DNA of 64,000 nucleotides from assembly GCA_022749935.1 (NCBI GenBank), contig JAKIWQ010000004.1, positions 2,286-66,285 on the forward strand, written 5' to 3'. The first letter of the stretch is position 1. The number at the start of each line of letters is the position of its first letter. The notes under the pieces are model-generated. The model did not search any database, was not told the origin of the DNA, and saw only the letters and a program-made list of their open reading frames with translations. Below, piece by piece: positions 29,201 through 38,170 of this stretch. The position numbers and the translations under genes are program-made. Source of the DNA: Thermoplasmata archaeon. GTDB lineage: Archaea; Thermoplasmatota; Thermoplasmata; Lutacidiplasmatales; UBA184.

Positions 29201-29556
29201 GCCAGGCCCTCGAGGGGGGCCACCAGAATCCCCTCGGTGAGAATCGCGAGGCCCACTCGGAGCGCTGCGTCGACCCGGTCGGCGACCGAGCCCCCACGGG
29301 ACGTGTCGTTCGCGAGTCGACGGGTGATCCGCACGGCGACCTCTTCTCGCGGGAGGGTGGCGCCTAGCGTGCGGATCTCCTCGGAGATACCTTCGATCCG
29401 GAGATGGGCGAGGAGTTTCTCCACCCGCATGGCCATGTCCTGGGCCCGCGGTATCTCGGGGTGGATCTCCGGGTCGAGCCCCTCGCTTCGGGCTCGCTCG
29501 GCGACCGTGTAGGCCCGGTCGACTTCGGACTCGATCGCCCGGAAGTAGGGCTCCAC
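26224..29556 (-). CDS. polC: DNA polymerase D large subunit DP2
   Basis: GLAILTEG, AGPIRAAGGTAQALSVL, GGFRLVYGR, HAAKRRNCDGDED catalytic motif, C-terminal CKVC Zn finger; GTG at 29556 ~25 nt after TTTATCC; no intein. Confidence 0.96.
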   Translation of the reverse strand: MEPYFRAIESEVDRAYTVAERARSEGLDPEIHPEIPRAQDMAMRVEKLLAHLRIEGISEEIRTLGATLPREEVAVRITRRLANDTSRGGSVADRVDAALRVGLAILTEGILVAPLEGLAEVHVRDGPGGQYIELYYAGPIRAAGGTAQALSVLLADIVRRDLGLARFRPDRTEVERYKEEIPLYKYHQHLQYVPTAEEIALVVENVPVSISGESTEGDAEVSAFRNLARVPTNGIRGGACLVIAEGLCQKAAKLRRIVDKLGLDGWEFLEQLGHHAVDDDDAQTPKYLQDSVGGRPVLAHPSHPGGFRLVYGRARTTGLAACALNPATMVILQHFVAVGTQVKLEYPGKATAMGVCDTIEGPIVELDDGTLTAVHEAARATDLLPRVRRIIDLGEILVSYGEFLENNRPLAPGAYSLDWHVEELLAAGADPVAIAPTSYEDAVRTSRTFRVPLHPRWLLFWHDLSPGEIRALSEFVERTGRWSDGALELPHDPGWREVLIRLGFLMGPCGPDRWRGEPDPSDALVGGLGLEVSEGLLSRQRDIDPVDEDPLVYVGRLAGVTVGSRAPSRIGGRVGRPEKAYQRTMEPNVHALFPVGPAGGSTRSVPEAARQTMRDGVRVDLGVRLCPSCQRTTVWNRCTCGTHTEPDGRVVSEPLPIARLWSDAVARLHIAHTPVVKGVKGLTSPGKVPEPIEKGILRASHGISVYQDGTARFDLTDLPLTHFRPGEVGTPVPTLRALGYTHDWLGQELTDEEQLVELLPQDLVVARTCGDYLTRLAQFVDDELLRLYNLDPFYRANRPGDLVGAIVIALAPHTSGGVTGRIIGFTNAEACFAHPVFHAAKRRNCDGDEDSVTLLLDALLNFSRSYLPDSRGALMDKPLVLTTRLEATEVDKEAHHVDVGDHYPLALYRAAADRRPAKEVEAMIEQVAGRLGTEHALSGYGFTHDTTRIAGGPVRSAYRDARSMNDMVERSILLAAQIRAVDVAEAVTLVLNAHFLPDLMGNLKSYATQKFRCKVCGASYRRPPLASRCVALRPGGGRCDGELLSTVYEGSVRKYLALSQRLGSIEGITPYVRQRIQVLADSLATLFPGAAAQRTLDQFPPSASPMSVEP

Positions 29557-29728
29557 GGGGCGCCCACACTCCGAGGGAGGATAAACCCGCCGCGAGAAAT
29601 CAGCCCCGGTGGTACGACGGTGACCCTGTTCGTCGGAAACGCGGGGCTCGACCCGGCCGACGGCCGAACATCGCCGTTCGCCTGGGAGGCCCTTTATCCG
29701 ACAGGAGTTCCCCCGTCGAGGTCGTCGG

Positions 29729-30283
29729 ATGGAACCGGCGGAATCGTACGGGCCGGCCACGTTTCGCCCCGCCGTGGTCTCGGACGCCGGCCGGCTCGCC
29801 GACATTCACATCCGGGTCCTGATGGTGACCTATCGGGGAATCGACCCGCAGGAGTGGCTCGATAGCCTACCCCAACAGCTGATCGAGCGGGAAACACGGT
29901 GGCGCGAACGCCTCTCCCAAGTTCCCGTGGACGTGGTCCACGTGGCGGAGGTGGCGCCCGCGGGCCTCGTCGGGTTCGCCGTCGGGGGTCCCGCTCGCCC
30001 TCCCAACTTGGGGTACGAAGGGGAGCTCATCTCCCTGTACCTCCTACCGGAGCACCAGCGACGCGGGATCGGACGGGAGCTCGTCCGACGTGTGGCCCGC
30101 TCCCTGATGGAACGAGGGTTGCGGGGGATGTTGGTGCGAGTCCTTACCGCGAATCCGGCCCGCCTCTTCTACGAGCGACTCGGGGGCCGCCCGGTCGGAG
30201 TGCAGACCGTCACCATCGGGGACCAGCCACTCGAGGAGACCGTGTACGCCTGGCGCGACCTCGACCTCTACTTCGCGCCGTAA
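29729..30283 (+). CDS. GNAT family N-acetyltransferase
   Basis: LYLLPEHQRRGIGR, NPARLFYERLGG. Confidence 0.88.
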   Translation: MEPAESYGPATFRPAVVSDAGRLADIHIRVLMVTYRGIDPQEWLDSLPQQLIERETRWRERLSQVPVDVVHVAEVAPAGLVGFAVGGPARPPNLGYEGELISLYLLPEHQRRGIGRELVRRVARSLMERGLRGMLVRVLTANPARLFYERLGGRPVGVQTVTIGDQPLEETVYAWRDLDLYFAP

Positions 30284-30498
30284 GCCCTTCTCCCCGGCCC
30301 CGCCGGAGCCACCGAACGTGGCCGCGTGCCGCGCGTCCGACGGTGTCCGCAACCGTCGAGGCTCGAGGGAGAAACCAGATTCATGAGGTACCGCTGACGG
30401 TTCGGTTCCGCTGAACGCAAACGTTTATGTAACAACCCCCCGAGTGGTTCCCCAGAGCGTATGACGCTCGTCTGACAAACAGGATGGGGTACACACCT

Positions 30499-31632
30499 AT
30501 GAAGTCCATCATCCAAGAAGCGATCGCGAAACACCAGGAGAACCAAGCCCTGGTCGACGACAAGAAGCCGACCTTGCCGGCCTACGGCAGCGCTGACGAC
30601 GCGGAACTCGCGAAGTTGGCCGAGACGCTGAAGGTCAACATCCGGATCGTCGGATGCGGAGGCGGTGGTTCGAACACGATCAACCGATGCGTCGAGGACG
30701 GAATCCAGGGCGCCGAGATGTGCGCCATCAACACCGACGCCAAGCATCTCCTGACGATCCATTCGCCCCGCAAGATCCTCATCGGCCGCCGGGCCACCAA
30801 GGGCTTGGGCGCGGGGGCGCGTCCCGAGATCGGGGAAGAGGCTGCCCGCGAGAACGAGGAGGAGCTGCGCCAGTTCGTGAACGGCGCCCACATCGTCTTC
30901 ATCACCGCCGGCATGGGCGGAGGGACCGGGACGGGGTCGGCCCACCTGGTCGCACGTCTCGCCAAGGAAGCCGGAGCGCTCACGATGGGCGTCGTCACCC
31001 TGCCCTTCTCGGGCGAGGGAGCGGCGCGCATGGAGCAGGCCAAGGATGGACTCGAGCGCCTGCGCCGCGTGTGCGACACGACCATCGTCATCCAGAACGA
31101 CAAGCTTCTCGAGCTCGTCCCGCGCATGCCGCTCGACGCGGCGTTCAAGCTCGCGGACGCCTGCCTCATGACGGCCATCAAGGGGATCACGGAGATCGTG
31201 ACCCGGCCGGGGCTCGTGAACCTAGACTACGCCGACATCCTGACCGTCATGAAGGACGGCGGGGTCGCGCTCATCGGACTCGGAGAGAGCGAGAGTGCCA
31301 CCGACCGCGTGACCGAAGCGGTCACCGAGGCGCTCACCTCCCCGCTGCTCGGCTCGGTCGACCTGAAGGATGCGACCGGCGCGCTCGTGCGCGTCATCGG
31401 CGGCCCGACCATGACCGTCAGCGAGGCCGAGAAGGCCGCCGCACTGGTCGGCGGGAAGATCTCCAAGCGGGCCCGGATCATCTGGGGCTGCTCGGTCGAG
31501 AACTCTCCCGACCTCGAGAACACCATCCGGGTGCTCCTCATCATCACGGGCGTCCGCGCCACGAGCCTCCTCGGTCAGAAGGGAGGCTACGCAGCCGGTG
31601 AGTCTGAGGAAGTCATCGACCTCGTCCGCTAG
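30499..31632 (+). CDS. ftsZ: Cell division GTPase FtsZ
   Basis: GCGGGGSN, INTD, GMGGGTGTG tubulin motif, PGLVNLDYAD; TTTATG TATA-like element at ~30424. Confidence 0.97.
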   Translation: MKSIIQEAIAKHQENQALVDDKKPTLPAYGSADDAELAKLAETLKVNIRIVGCGGGGSNTINRCVEDGIQGAEMCAINTDAKHLLTIHSPRKILIGRRATKGLGAGARPEIGEEAARENEEELRQFVNGAHIVFITAGMGGGTGTGSAHLVARLAKEAGALTMGVVTLPFSGEGAARMEQAKDGLERLRRVCDTTIVIQNDKLLELVPRMPLDAAFKLADACLMTAIKGITEIVTRPGLVNLDYADILTVMKDGGVALIGLGESESATDRVTEAVTEALTSPLLGSVDLKDATGALVRVIGGPTMTVSEAEKAAALVGGKISKRARIIWGCSVENSPDLENTIRVLLIITGVRATSLLGQKGGYAAGESEEVIDLVR

Positions 31633-31936
31633 GTCGTCGGACCCGCGCCCCCGCTACCTCGGCCTCGAGGTCGCGGGGGAACACCTTCCCCTCCTGTCCC
31701 CCCGCTGGTGGGAGGGCACGCTCCGCCAGCGCTTCCCGGCAGTCCCGTTTCGCCTCGTGCGCTCGGAAGGACGGCGCGCCGTGGTCGAAGTGGAGCACCT
31801 CCGCCTCTCTGAGGCCCGAGCGGCCTGGACCGGCCCCGTCGAGGACCACGGCTCGCTCGGGACCGTGCGTACCTGGGGGACGCTGGTCGGGGCCAAGGCA
31901 TGGCTCGCCGGACCCCGTCGCCGCCGGGGAACGTGA
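31598..31936 (+). CDS. Putative divergent RNase P protein Pop5/Rpp14
   Basis: RPRYLGLEV resembles the Pop5 N-terminal RxRY motif; TVRTWGTLVGAKAW resembles the C-terminal SGT(I/L)xxA motif; start uncertain. Confidence 0.55.
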   Translation: MSLRKSSTSSARSSDPRPRYLGLEVAGEHLPLLSPRWWEGTLRQRFPAVPFRLVRSEGRRAVVEVEHLRLSEARAAWTGPVEDHGSLGTVRTWGTLVGAKAWLAGPRRRRGT

Positions 31937-31949
31937 GACCGCTCTCGGG

Positions 31950-33599
31950 CTACGAGAGCCCGACCGAGAACACCGAGTTCCCGACGGTCAACTGCTGCAA
32001 GGCGACGGTCGGGATGGTGAGCGTCACGGTGCCCAGCGAACCTCCGGGCGAGTAGGTTCCGGTGCAGATCGAGAAGGGCAGGCACGACCACAGGCCCGCA
32101 TACTGCAGGTTCCCGTTGAGATACTGGTCCCAGGCTTCCGCGTAGGGAGTGTGGAACGTGATGGTGATCGGGACCGCGGGATTGAGCGAGAACGCGACCG
32201 ACGTGTTGTTGGTGAGGGAGGGGTTGCTGGATTGCAGCAGCCTCAGGTTGAGCGTCTCGGTCCCGGTCCCCGAGGCCGAGCCGACCACGTTGGAGAAGTA
32301 CGGGAACCAGAGCGAAGCCTGGGTGACCGCGGTCCCGACGCCCCCGGGCCGGGTGAGGGAGATCGCCGGGGGGTCGATGATCACCGGGTAGGCACCGAAC
32401 TGCGCGTAGACGACCGCCCCCTCGTCGTAGGCGACCTCTCCGCTCGGCGAGTAGGTGTTGAAAAGGTGGACCGTGAGGCCCGCTCCCTGGAGGCTCGGGC
32501 CCTTGATCGGAACGGCCTGACGGGAGAAGAAGGGGCACATCGTCTGGGCCACGGCGGCCGCGTGGATGGTCCAGGGAGACGCCGAGAGCGTGCCGGTATA
32601 CGCGGTGTCGTTGTAGTAGGCGTTGTAGCTCGCCAGCGGGCCGGTCCCGTGGAGGGCTTCGGTCCGGGAGACGTTATCGTAGGGGCAGAGCGGCGACACG
32701 GGGTTGGTGGCGTTGAACCCGGTCACGTACGCGACGTTGGCCGCGGCGCCGGTCGCGTTCGCCGTGATCGAGTCGCCGTTCCCGTACGAGATCACGAGCA
32801 AGGACCCGACCCCGGTCGAAGCGTCGTAGACCGAGTCCGAGTCACCGAAGCTCCGCACGACGACGCCGGCCGTCCCGGTGGGTCCCAGGTTGAGGTAATC
32901 GTGGTTCCCGACCACGGTCACGTTCACCGCGGAACCTCCGAGGACCGAGAGGGTGACGCTGTCGTTGCTCCCGTAGATCGCGACATCCACCTTCGCTCCC
33001 CCGGTCGCCGCGATGGAGATCGTGGAGTGGTTCGTGGAGTAGTTCAGGGCGTAGAGACCCGTGGCGAGGGTCGAGGTGATCGTGAAGGCCTTGGCATTGC
33101 CGGAGAAATTGTAGGCGAGCTTCGAGAGGGCCAGCGTGCACGCGATGCCGACGTGGGCGAGCGTGGTGAACGAGCACCCGGCCGGCAGTTGCGGACCCCC
33201 CTGGGGGGAACCGAGGGGCGGCGAGTAGACCGACTCTCCCAGCAACCCGTACGAGACCGTGAGGTTGGTCCAGAAACGTCCACTTCCGACGGCGGAGCCG
33301 TCCGGGGCGGTCCACGGGGCCACCCCGTCCGAGCCCAGCGAGAGCGGCTGGACGACCTGGATCCCGGTTCCCCCGTCCTCTCCCGCCGCACTGAGGAGCG
33401 CCGACAGCCGGCTAAACTCGTTCTCGACGGCGATCACGTGGTTGAGGTCGTTGACCTGCATCTGGTTGGGCACGATCGTCGTGAGGAAATTCGCGATGAA
33501 CGTCACGACGAGCAAGAGGCCGAGCAGGGTCGCCACCGCGGCCACCTGGCCGCGACGGCCACGACGACGCCATCTCCGGCTCCTCAATAGACGGGGCAA
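31950..33599 (-). CDS. Large surface protein with class III (type IV pilin-like) signal peptide
   Basis: Basic leader RRRGRRG/QVAAVATLLGLLLVVTFIANFL; Ser/Thr/Gly/Asn-rich beta body with many NxS/T sequons. Confidence 0.75.
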   Translation of the reverse strand: MPRLLRSRRWRRRGRRGQVAAVATLLGLLLVVTFIANFLTTIVPNQMQVNDLNHVIAVENEFSRLSALLSAAGEDGGTGIQVVQPLSLGSDGVAPWTAPDGSAVGSGRFWTNLTVSYGLLGESVYSPPLGSPQGGPQLPAGCSFTTLAHVGIACTLALSKLAYNFSGNAKAFTITSTLATGLYALNYSTNHSTISIAATGGAKVDVAIYGSNDSVTLSVLGGSAVNVTVVGNHDYLNLGPTGTAGVVVRSFGDSDSVYDASTGVGSLLVISYGNGDSITANATGAAANVAYVTGFNATNPVSPLCPYDNVSRTEALHGTGPLASYNAYYNDTAYTGTLSASPWTIHAAAVAQTMCPFFSRQAVPIKGPSLQGAGLTVHLFNTYSPSGEVAYDEGAVVYAQFGAYPVIIDPPAISLTRPGGVGTAVTQASLWFPYFSNVVGSASGTGTETLNLRLLQSSNPSLTNNTSVAFSLNPAVPITITFHTPYAEAWDQYLNGNLQYAGLWSCLPFSICTGTYSPGGSLGTVTLTIPTVALQQLTVGNSVFSVGLS

Positions 33600-33739
33600 G
33601 CCTTCCTCGCTCGAGGGTACAAATTACCCTAGGACGCGATATTTAGTCTTATGGCCCTGGCCCCCCGTAGCGCACTCGGGCGCGCGTGGTTTCCGCGAAA
33701 CTTATCCCGTCCCCTTCCTCCCCATTGGGGGTACGGACG

Positions 33740-35296
33740 GTGGGTTCCGAACGGGGGCCGGCGGTCCGGATCGAACGGGCCCTCCTTTCGGTCGATGACA
33801 AGACCGGACTCGATGCGCTCGGTCAAGGGCTGAGCCAACTCGGGATCGAACTCTGGGCCACCGGGGGTACGAGAGCCTCCCTATCGGCTTCGGGCCTGGC
33901 GGTCCGGGCCGCCGAGGAACTCACGGGCATCGCGGCCTGGTTCGATGGACGGGTCAAGACTCTCCATCCCGGGCTCCTCGGGGGGATCCTCGCCCCGCGC
34001 ACCGAGGCCGGCCGACGGGAACTCGCGGACCGGGGACTGCTTGCGTTCGACCTGGTCGTCGTCAATTTTTACCCGTTCGAGCGCCACCTCGCAGAGGCCC
34101 CGGCGGCGACCGACCGGGAGGAATACGTCGACATCGGCGGGGTCACGTTGGTCCGGGCCGCGGCCAAGAACCATGCCGGCGTCACGGTGGTGACCGACCC
34201 CACGGAGTACGGGGAGCTCCTGCGCGAGCTCCGGGAGACGAACGGCTCGGTGTCCGCGGGCACCCGCGCCCGATTCGCTCGCCGCGCCTTCCAGCGGGTG
34301 GCGGAATACGACGCGGCCATCGCCGCCGGCCTCCTCCCTCCGGACGAGGGGGACGACCCGTTCCCGCCGACGCTCGTGCTGCGGCGCGAGCCGCTCCGCC
34401 TCCGGTACGGCGAGAATCCGCATCAACGGGCCGCGGTCTACCGGGGCGAGGCGGGATTCCTCCACCGACCCTTCGAGGTCGTCAAAGGAGCGTCCCTCTC
34501 CTACACGAACCTCCTGGACGTCGACACCGCGCTCGAGATCGTGGCCGAGTACCCCTTGGCGGCGGCCGCGGTCGTGAAACACGCGACCCCCTGCGGCGTC
34601 GCCGAAGGAGCCAGCGTCCGGGAAGCCCTCGAGCGGGCGATCGCTACCGACCCCAAGGCCCGGTTCGGTTGCGCCATCGCGTTGAACCGGCCGATGGGTC
34701 CCGACGACCCGGACGCCTTGCACGGCGTGTTCGTCGACCTCATCGCGGCGCCGGGGTTCGACCCCGTCGCCCGGGAAAAGCTCGACCGGCGGCCCAAGCT
34801 CAAAGTCGTTCGGACCGACCCCCCGGGCTCGGCCCTTCCCCGATGGGAGGCCCGCTCCGCGTTCGGCCGGGTTCTGGTCCAGGACGCGGACCGGCGCCAA
34901 CTGGCGCCGGGTGAGCTGAAACCGGTAACCTCGCGGCGCGCGTCGCCCGAGGAACTCTGTTCCCTCGACTTTGCCTGGAGGGTCGTCCGGCATGCGAAGT
35001 CGAACGCCATCGTCCTCGCCCGCGGCCCCGCCACGGTGGGGATCGGCTCCGGCCAGCCCACGCGCGTGAAGGCCGTGGAGCTCGCCTGCGAAGTCGCCGG
35101 CGAGCGGGCGCGGGGTGCCGTGCTCGCGTCCGACGCCTTTTTTCCGTTCGCCGACGGCGTCGAGGCGGCCGGTCGGGCCGGGGTGGCGGCGATCCTTCAG
35201 CCCGGCGGAAGCCTGCGGGACCCCGAGGTCATCGCCGCCGCCGAGAAGGCGGGGATCGCGATGTACTTCACCGGGTGGCGGGTGTTCCGCCACTAG
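33740..35296 (+). CDS. purH: Bifunctional AICAR formyltransferase/IMP cyclohydrolase (start approximate)
   Basis: ALLSVDDK, GRVKTLHP, DIGG, LRYGENPHQ, VKHATPCG, KSNAIV, ASDAFFPF, QPGGS. Confidence 0.96.
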   Translation: MGSERGPAVRIERALLSVDDKTGLDALGQGLSQLGIELWATGGTRASLSASGLAVRAAEELTGIAAWFDGRVKTLHPGLLGGILAPRTEAGRRELADRGLLAFDLVVVNFYPFERHLAEAPAATDREEYVDIGGVTLVRAAAKNHAGVTVVTDPTEYGELLRELRETNGSVSAGTRARFARRAFQRVAEYDAAIAAGLLPPDEGDDPFPPTLVLRREPLRLRYGENPHQRAAVYRGEAGFLHRPFEVVKGASLSYTNLLDVDTALEIVAEYPLAAAAVVKHATPCGVAEGASVREALERAIATDPKARFGCAIALNRPMGPDDPDALHGVFVDLIAAPGFDPVAREKLDRRPKLKVVRTDPPGSALPRWEARSAFGRVLVQDADRRQLAPGELKPVTSRRASPEELCSLDFAWRVVRHAKSNAIVLARGPATVGIGSGQPTRVKAVELACEVAGERARGAVLASDAFFPFADGVEAAGRAGVAAILQPGGSLRDPEVIAAAEKAGIAMYFTGWRVFRH

Positions 35297-35642
35297 GCCG
35301 CGTCGTCTCGGCGAAGAACCGCCGTAGGATCGTCCGGAACTCCGCCGGTCCGACCGGACCGACCTCCCGACCTTTCTCCTGTCCCGACTCGACGAACACG
35401 TACGTGGGGATCGAATGGATCCCGTAGGAGCGAGTCACCCCGGCCGCATCGTCGATGTTCACTTTGGCAAACTTGATCCTTCCGGCGAGCCGGAGGGCGA
35501 GGTCGACGAACACCGGTTCGGTGACCCGACACGGCACGCACCAGTCCGCGTAGAAATCGACGACGACCGGCAGCGGAGATCGGATGACCTCGGTCTCAAA
35601 GGTCGCATCCGTGACCCGAACCGGACCTTCCGCACTCGCCAT
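35268..35642 (-). CDS. trxA: Thioredoxin
   Basis: VVDFYADWCVPC, KVNID, SIPT. Confidence 0.9.
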   Translation of the reverse strand: MASAEGPVRVTDATFETEVIRSPLPVVVDFYADWCVPCRVTEPVFVDLALRLAGRIKFAKVNIDDAAGVTRSYGIHSIPTYVFVESGQEKGREVGPVGPAEFRTILRRFFAETTRPSGGTPATR

Positions 35643-35706
35643 GGTCTTCCTCCTCCTTTCGATTTCGTCACTCGCTTTAAGCACTCTCTTCCTCGCGCGG
35701 TCACTC

Positions 35707-36906
35707 GTGAGTTCCCCCGACCGTCCCCGGCCCGGTTCCGAGGTACCCGCGGCGGTCACCCCGGCGCTCCTGGCCTGGTTCCGCGAACATCGGCGGCCCC
35801 TTCCCTGGCGTCGCGACCGGGACCCGTACCGCATCTGGGTCGCGGAAGTCCTGCTCCAGCAGACCCGGGTCGTGCAGGCCCTCCCGTACTACGAACGATT
35901 CCTTCTCCGCTTCCCGACGCTGGAGGCCCTGGCGAGTGCGGACCGTTCCGACGTCCTCAAAGCCTGGCAGGGCGCCGGGTACTACGCCCGCGCCCGAAAC
36001 CTCCACGCCGCGGCGAGGATCGTCCGAAGCTCGCCGGCGCGGACCCTTCCGACCACCGTCGCCGGACTCGAGTCCCTTCCGGGGGTGGGACCGTACATCG
36101 CCCGGGCCGTGGGGAGTCTCGCATTCGACCTGCCGGAGTTGGCCCTCGAAGCGAACGGTCTCCGTGTCGCCGCCCGGTGGACGGGGGAAACCGGCGACCT
36201 GCGATCGGCTCCGGTCCGTCAGCGCTTGGTCCGGACACTGGAGCTCCTCCTGCCCGCGCGGAGCGCCGGTGCGTTCAACGAGGCGCTCATGGAACTGGGA
36301 GAGGTCGTCTGTCGACCGTCCTCCCCCGATTGTCCGAACTGTCCCGTCCGGTTCGGCTGTCGGGCCGGTACCGAGCTTTCTGACCCGGGGTCGGTTCCCC
36401 GACCCCGCGCTCGTCGGCCGCGACCGCACGTCGGGGCCGCGGTGGTCGTCGTCGAACTCCGGGGCCGGTGGCTCGTTCAACAACGTCCAGCGGAAGGACT
36501 TCTCGGAGGATTGTGGGAATTCCCCGGTGGGAAGATCGATCGGGGGGAGTCACCGGCCCATGCGGCCCGACGGGAACTCCGGGAGGAGACCGGGGTCCGG
36601 GTTTCCGCGCTCGCACCGGTCGGCGTGGTCCGGCACGCCTACTCTCACTTCACCGTGACCTTGCACGTCTTCCGCGCTTCGGTGCGGACCTCTCCGGCCG
36701 GGAAGGGGCTCCGCTGGGAGACGCCGGACGGCCTGGCCCGCCTCCCCCTCCCGAAGGCGACGGAGAAGATCCTCCGGTTGTTGGAGGCCCGCTCGGGTAC
36801 AACTTCCCGGGGTTCAGGATCCCGTCGGGGTCGCACGCGTCCTTCACCGCGCGCAAGAGGCGAACGGCGGTCGTCCCGAGCTCGTGCCCCAAGAACTCCC
36901 GCTTGA
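35707..36906 (+). CDS. mutY: A/G-specific adenine glycosylase with C-terminal Nudix domain carrying an intact Nudix box
   Basis: LPWR, WVAEVLLQQT, GYYARARNLH, LPGVGPY HhH, 4Fe-4S motif CRPSSPDCPNCPVRFGC, GLWEFPGGKIDRGESPAHAARRELREETG. Confidence 0.92.
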   Translation: MSSPDRPRPGSEVPAAVTPALLAWFREHRRPLPWRRDRDPYRIWVAEVLLQQTRVVQALPYYERFLLRFPTLEALASADRSDVLKAWQGAGYYARARNLHAAARIVRSSPARTLPTTVAGLESLPGVGPYIARAVGSLAFDLPELALEANGLRVAARWTGETGDLRSAPVRQRLVRTLELLLPARSAGAFNEALMELGEVVCRPSSPDCPNCPVRFGCRAGTELSDPGSVPRPRARRPRPHVGAAVVVVELRGRWLVQQRPAEGLLGGLWEFPGGKIDRGESPAHAARRELREETGVRVSALAPVGVVRHAYSHFTVTLHVFRASVRTSPAGKGLRWETPDGLARLPLPKATEKILRLLEARSGTTSRGSGSRRGRTRPSPRARGERRSSRARAPRTPA

Positions 36907-38146
36907 CCCGTCCGACGCCGTGCTCGGCGCTGATGGTCCCGCCCAAACGGAGCACCGCGGCATACAGCGCCGCCCGAATCCGGTCGGCGGTCCGCGACGC
37001 GGGGTCGACCGCGTAGTTCGGGTGCAGGTTTCCCTCCCCGAGATGGCCGAACAGGTAGACCCGGACCTCTTCGTCGAGGGCGATCGTGCGAACCGCAGCG
37101 ACCAGCTCGTCCAATCGGTCGAAGGGGACCGCCACGTCGTCCCGGACATGCGGTCCCAAGCGTTCGTCCAGGACGCGACCGTTCTCCCCGCGAAGGCTCC
37201 AGAGGCGGTCGGCCTCTTCGATCACGGTCGGTTCGGTAAGGATCCCCGACGCCCGAAGGGCCGCCGAGACCCGTACGATGTGAACGGCCGACTCGGCCGT
37301 GTCCTCCCCCTCGACCTCGAGGAGGAGGAGCGGCGAGCCGGTCGCCCATCGCGCGCCGCGACCGACGACGAGTCCTTCGGCCGAGAACTCGTCGAGATAC
37401 TCGACGGCCGAAAGCCCCGTGCCCGGGGCCCGGGCGAGCGCCCTCGCCAGCCGGCCGAGGGACGCGTCGACCGGGAGAGGGAGGGCGAGGCCGGTGCGTC
37501 GGGCCGGTCGAGGCGCGAGGCGGAGCGTCACCTCGGTAGCGATCCCGAGCGTCCCCTCGCTGCCGATGAAGAGCTGAAGGAGGTCGGGTCCCATCGAGCG
37601 TTTTTCGACGCGGCGGCCCAACCGGACCTTTTCGCCGGTACCGAGTACCGCCTCGACCTCGCTGACCCAGTGTCGGGTCGGCCCGTATCGGAACGAGCGG
37701 GGTCCCGACGCGTTGGTCCCGAGGTTCCCGCCGATCGTGCAGGTCTCCCACGAGCCGGGGTTCGGAGGAAAGAACAGTCCCGCGGGCTCGAGGGCGGTGT
37801 GGAGTGCCCGGTTGACCACGCCGGGACCCACGCGGACCGAGCGATCGCCTGGGCCGACGTCCCCGATCCCCTTCCACCCCGAGAGGTCCACCACTACCGC
37901 CCCCCCGAGGGCCACCGATTCCCCGTCGAGCGACGTGCCGGCCCCGCGCGGTACGAGGGCCATTCGATGCTGCCGGGCCCAGCCCACTAGCTCCGCCACG
38001 TCCTCAGCATCGATCGGCCGGACCACGGCGCCCGGGGCGCCGTGGACATGGGAGGCGTCTCGGCCGAGGCGGTTCAACTCCGTTGGGCGGGTCGTGACCG
38101 TGCCCCGGACCGTCCGCTGGAGCGAGCTACGGAGCGCGGGGTCCAC
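36650..38146 (-). CDS. FAD-linked oxidase (GlcD / D-lactate dehydrogenase family)
   Basis: PRGAGTSLDG, TIGGNLGTNASG, GSEGTLGI, GHLGEGNLH, SAEHGVG, DPDGILNPGK. Confidence 0.9.
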   Translation of the reverse strand: MDPALRSSLQRTVRGTVTTRPTELNRLGRDASHVHGAPGAVVRPIDAEDVAELVGWARQHRMALVPRGAGTSLDGESVALGGAVVVDLSGWKGIGDVGPGDRSVRVGPGVVNRALHTALEPAGLFFPPNPGSWETCTIGGNLGTNASGPRSFRYGPTRHWVSEVEAVLGTGEKVRLGRRVEKRSMGPDLLQLFIGSEGTLGIATEVTLRLAPRPARRTGLALPLPVDASLGRLARALARAPGTGLSAVEYLDEFSAEGLVVGRGARWATGSPLLLLEVEGEDTAESAVHIVRVSAALRASGILTEPTVIEEADRLWSLRGENGRVLDERLGPHVRDDVAVPFDRLDELVAAVRTIALDEEVRVYLFGHLGEGNLHPNYAVDPASRTADRIRAALYAAVLRLGGTISAEHGVGRVKREFLGHELGTTAVRLLRAVKDACDPDGILNPGKLYPSGPPTTGGSSPSPSGGGGGPGRPASPSGAPSRPERSAPKRGRRARSR

Positions 38147-38170
38147 AGGGAACGGAGACCGGCCGCGACC

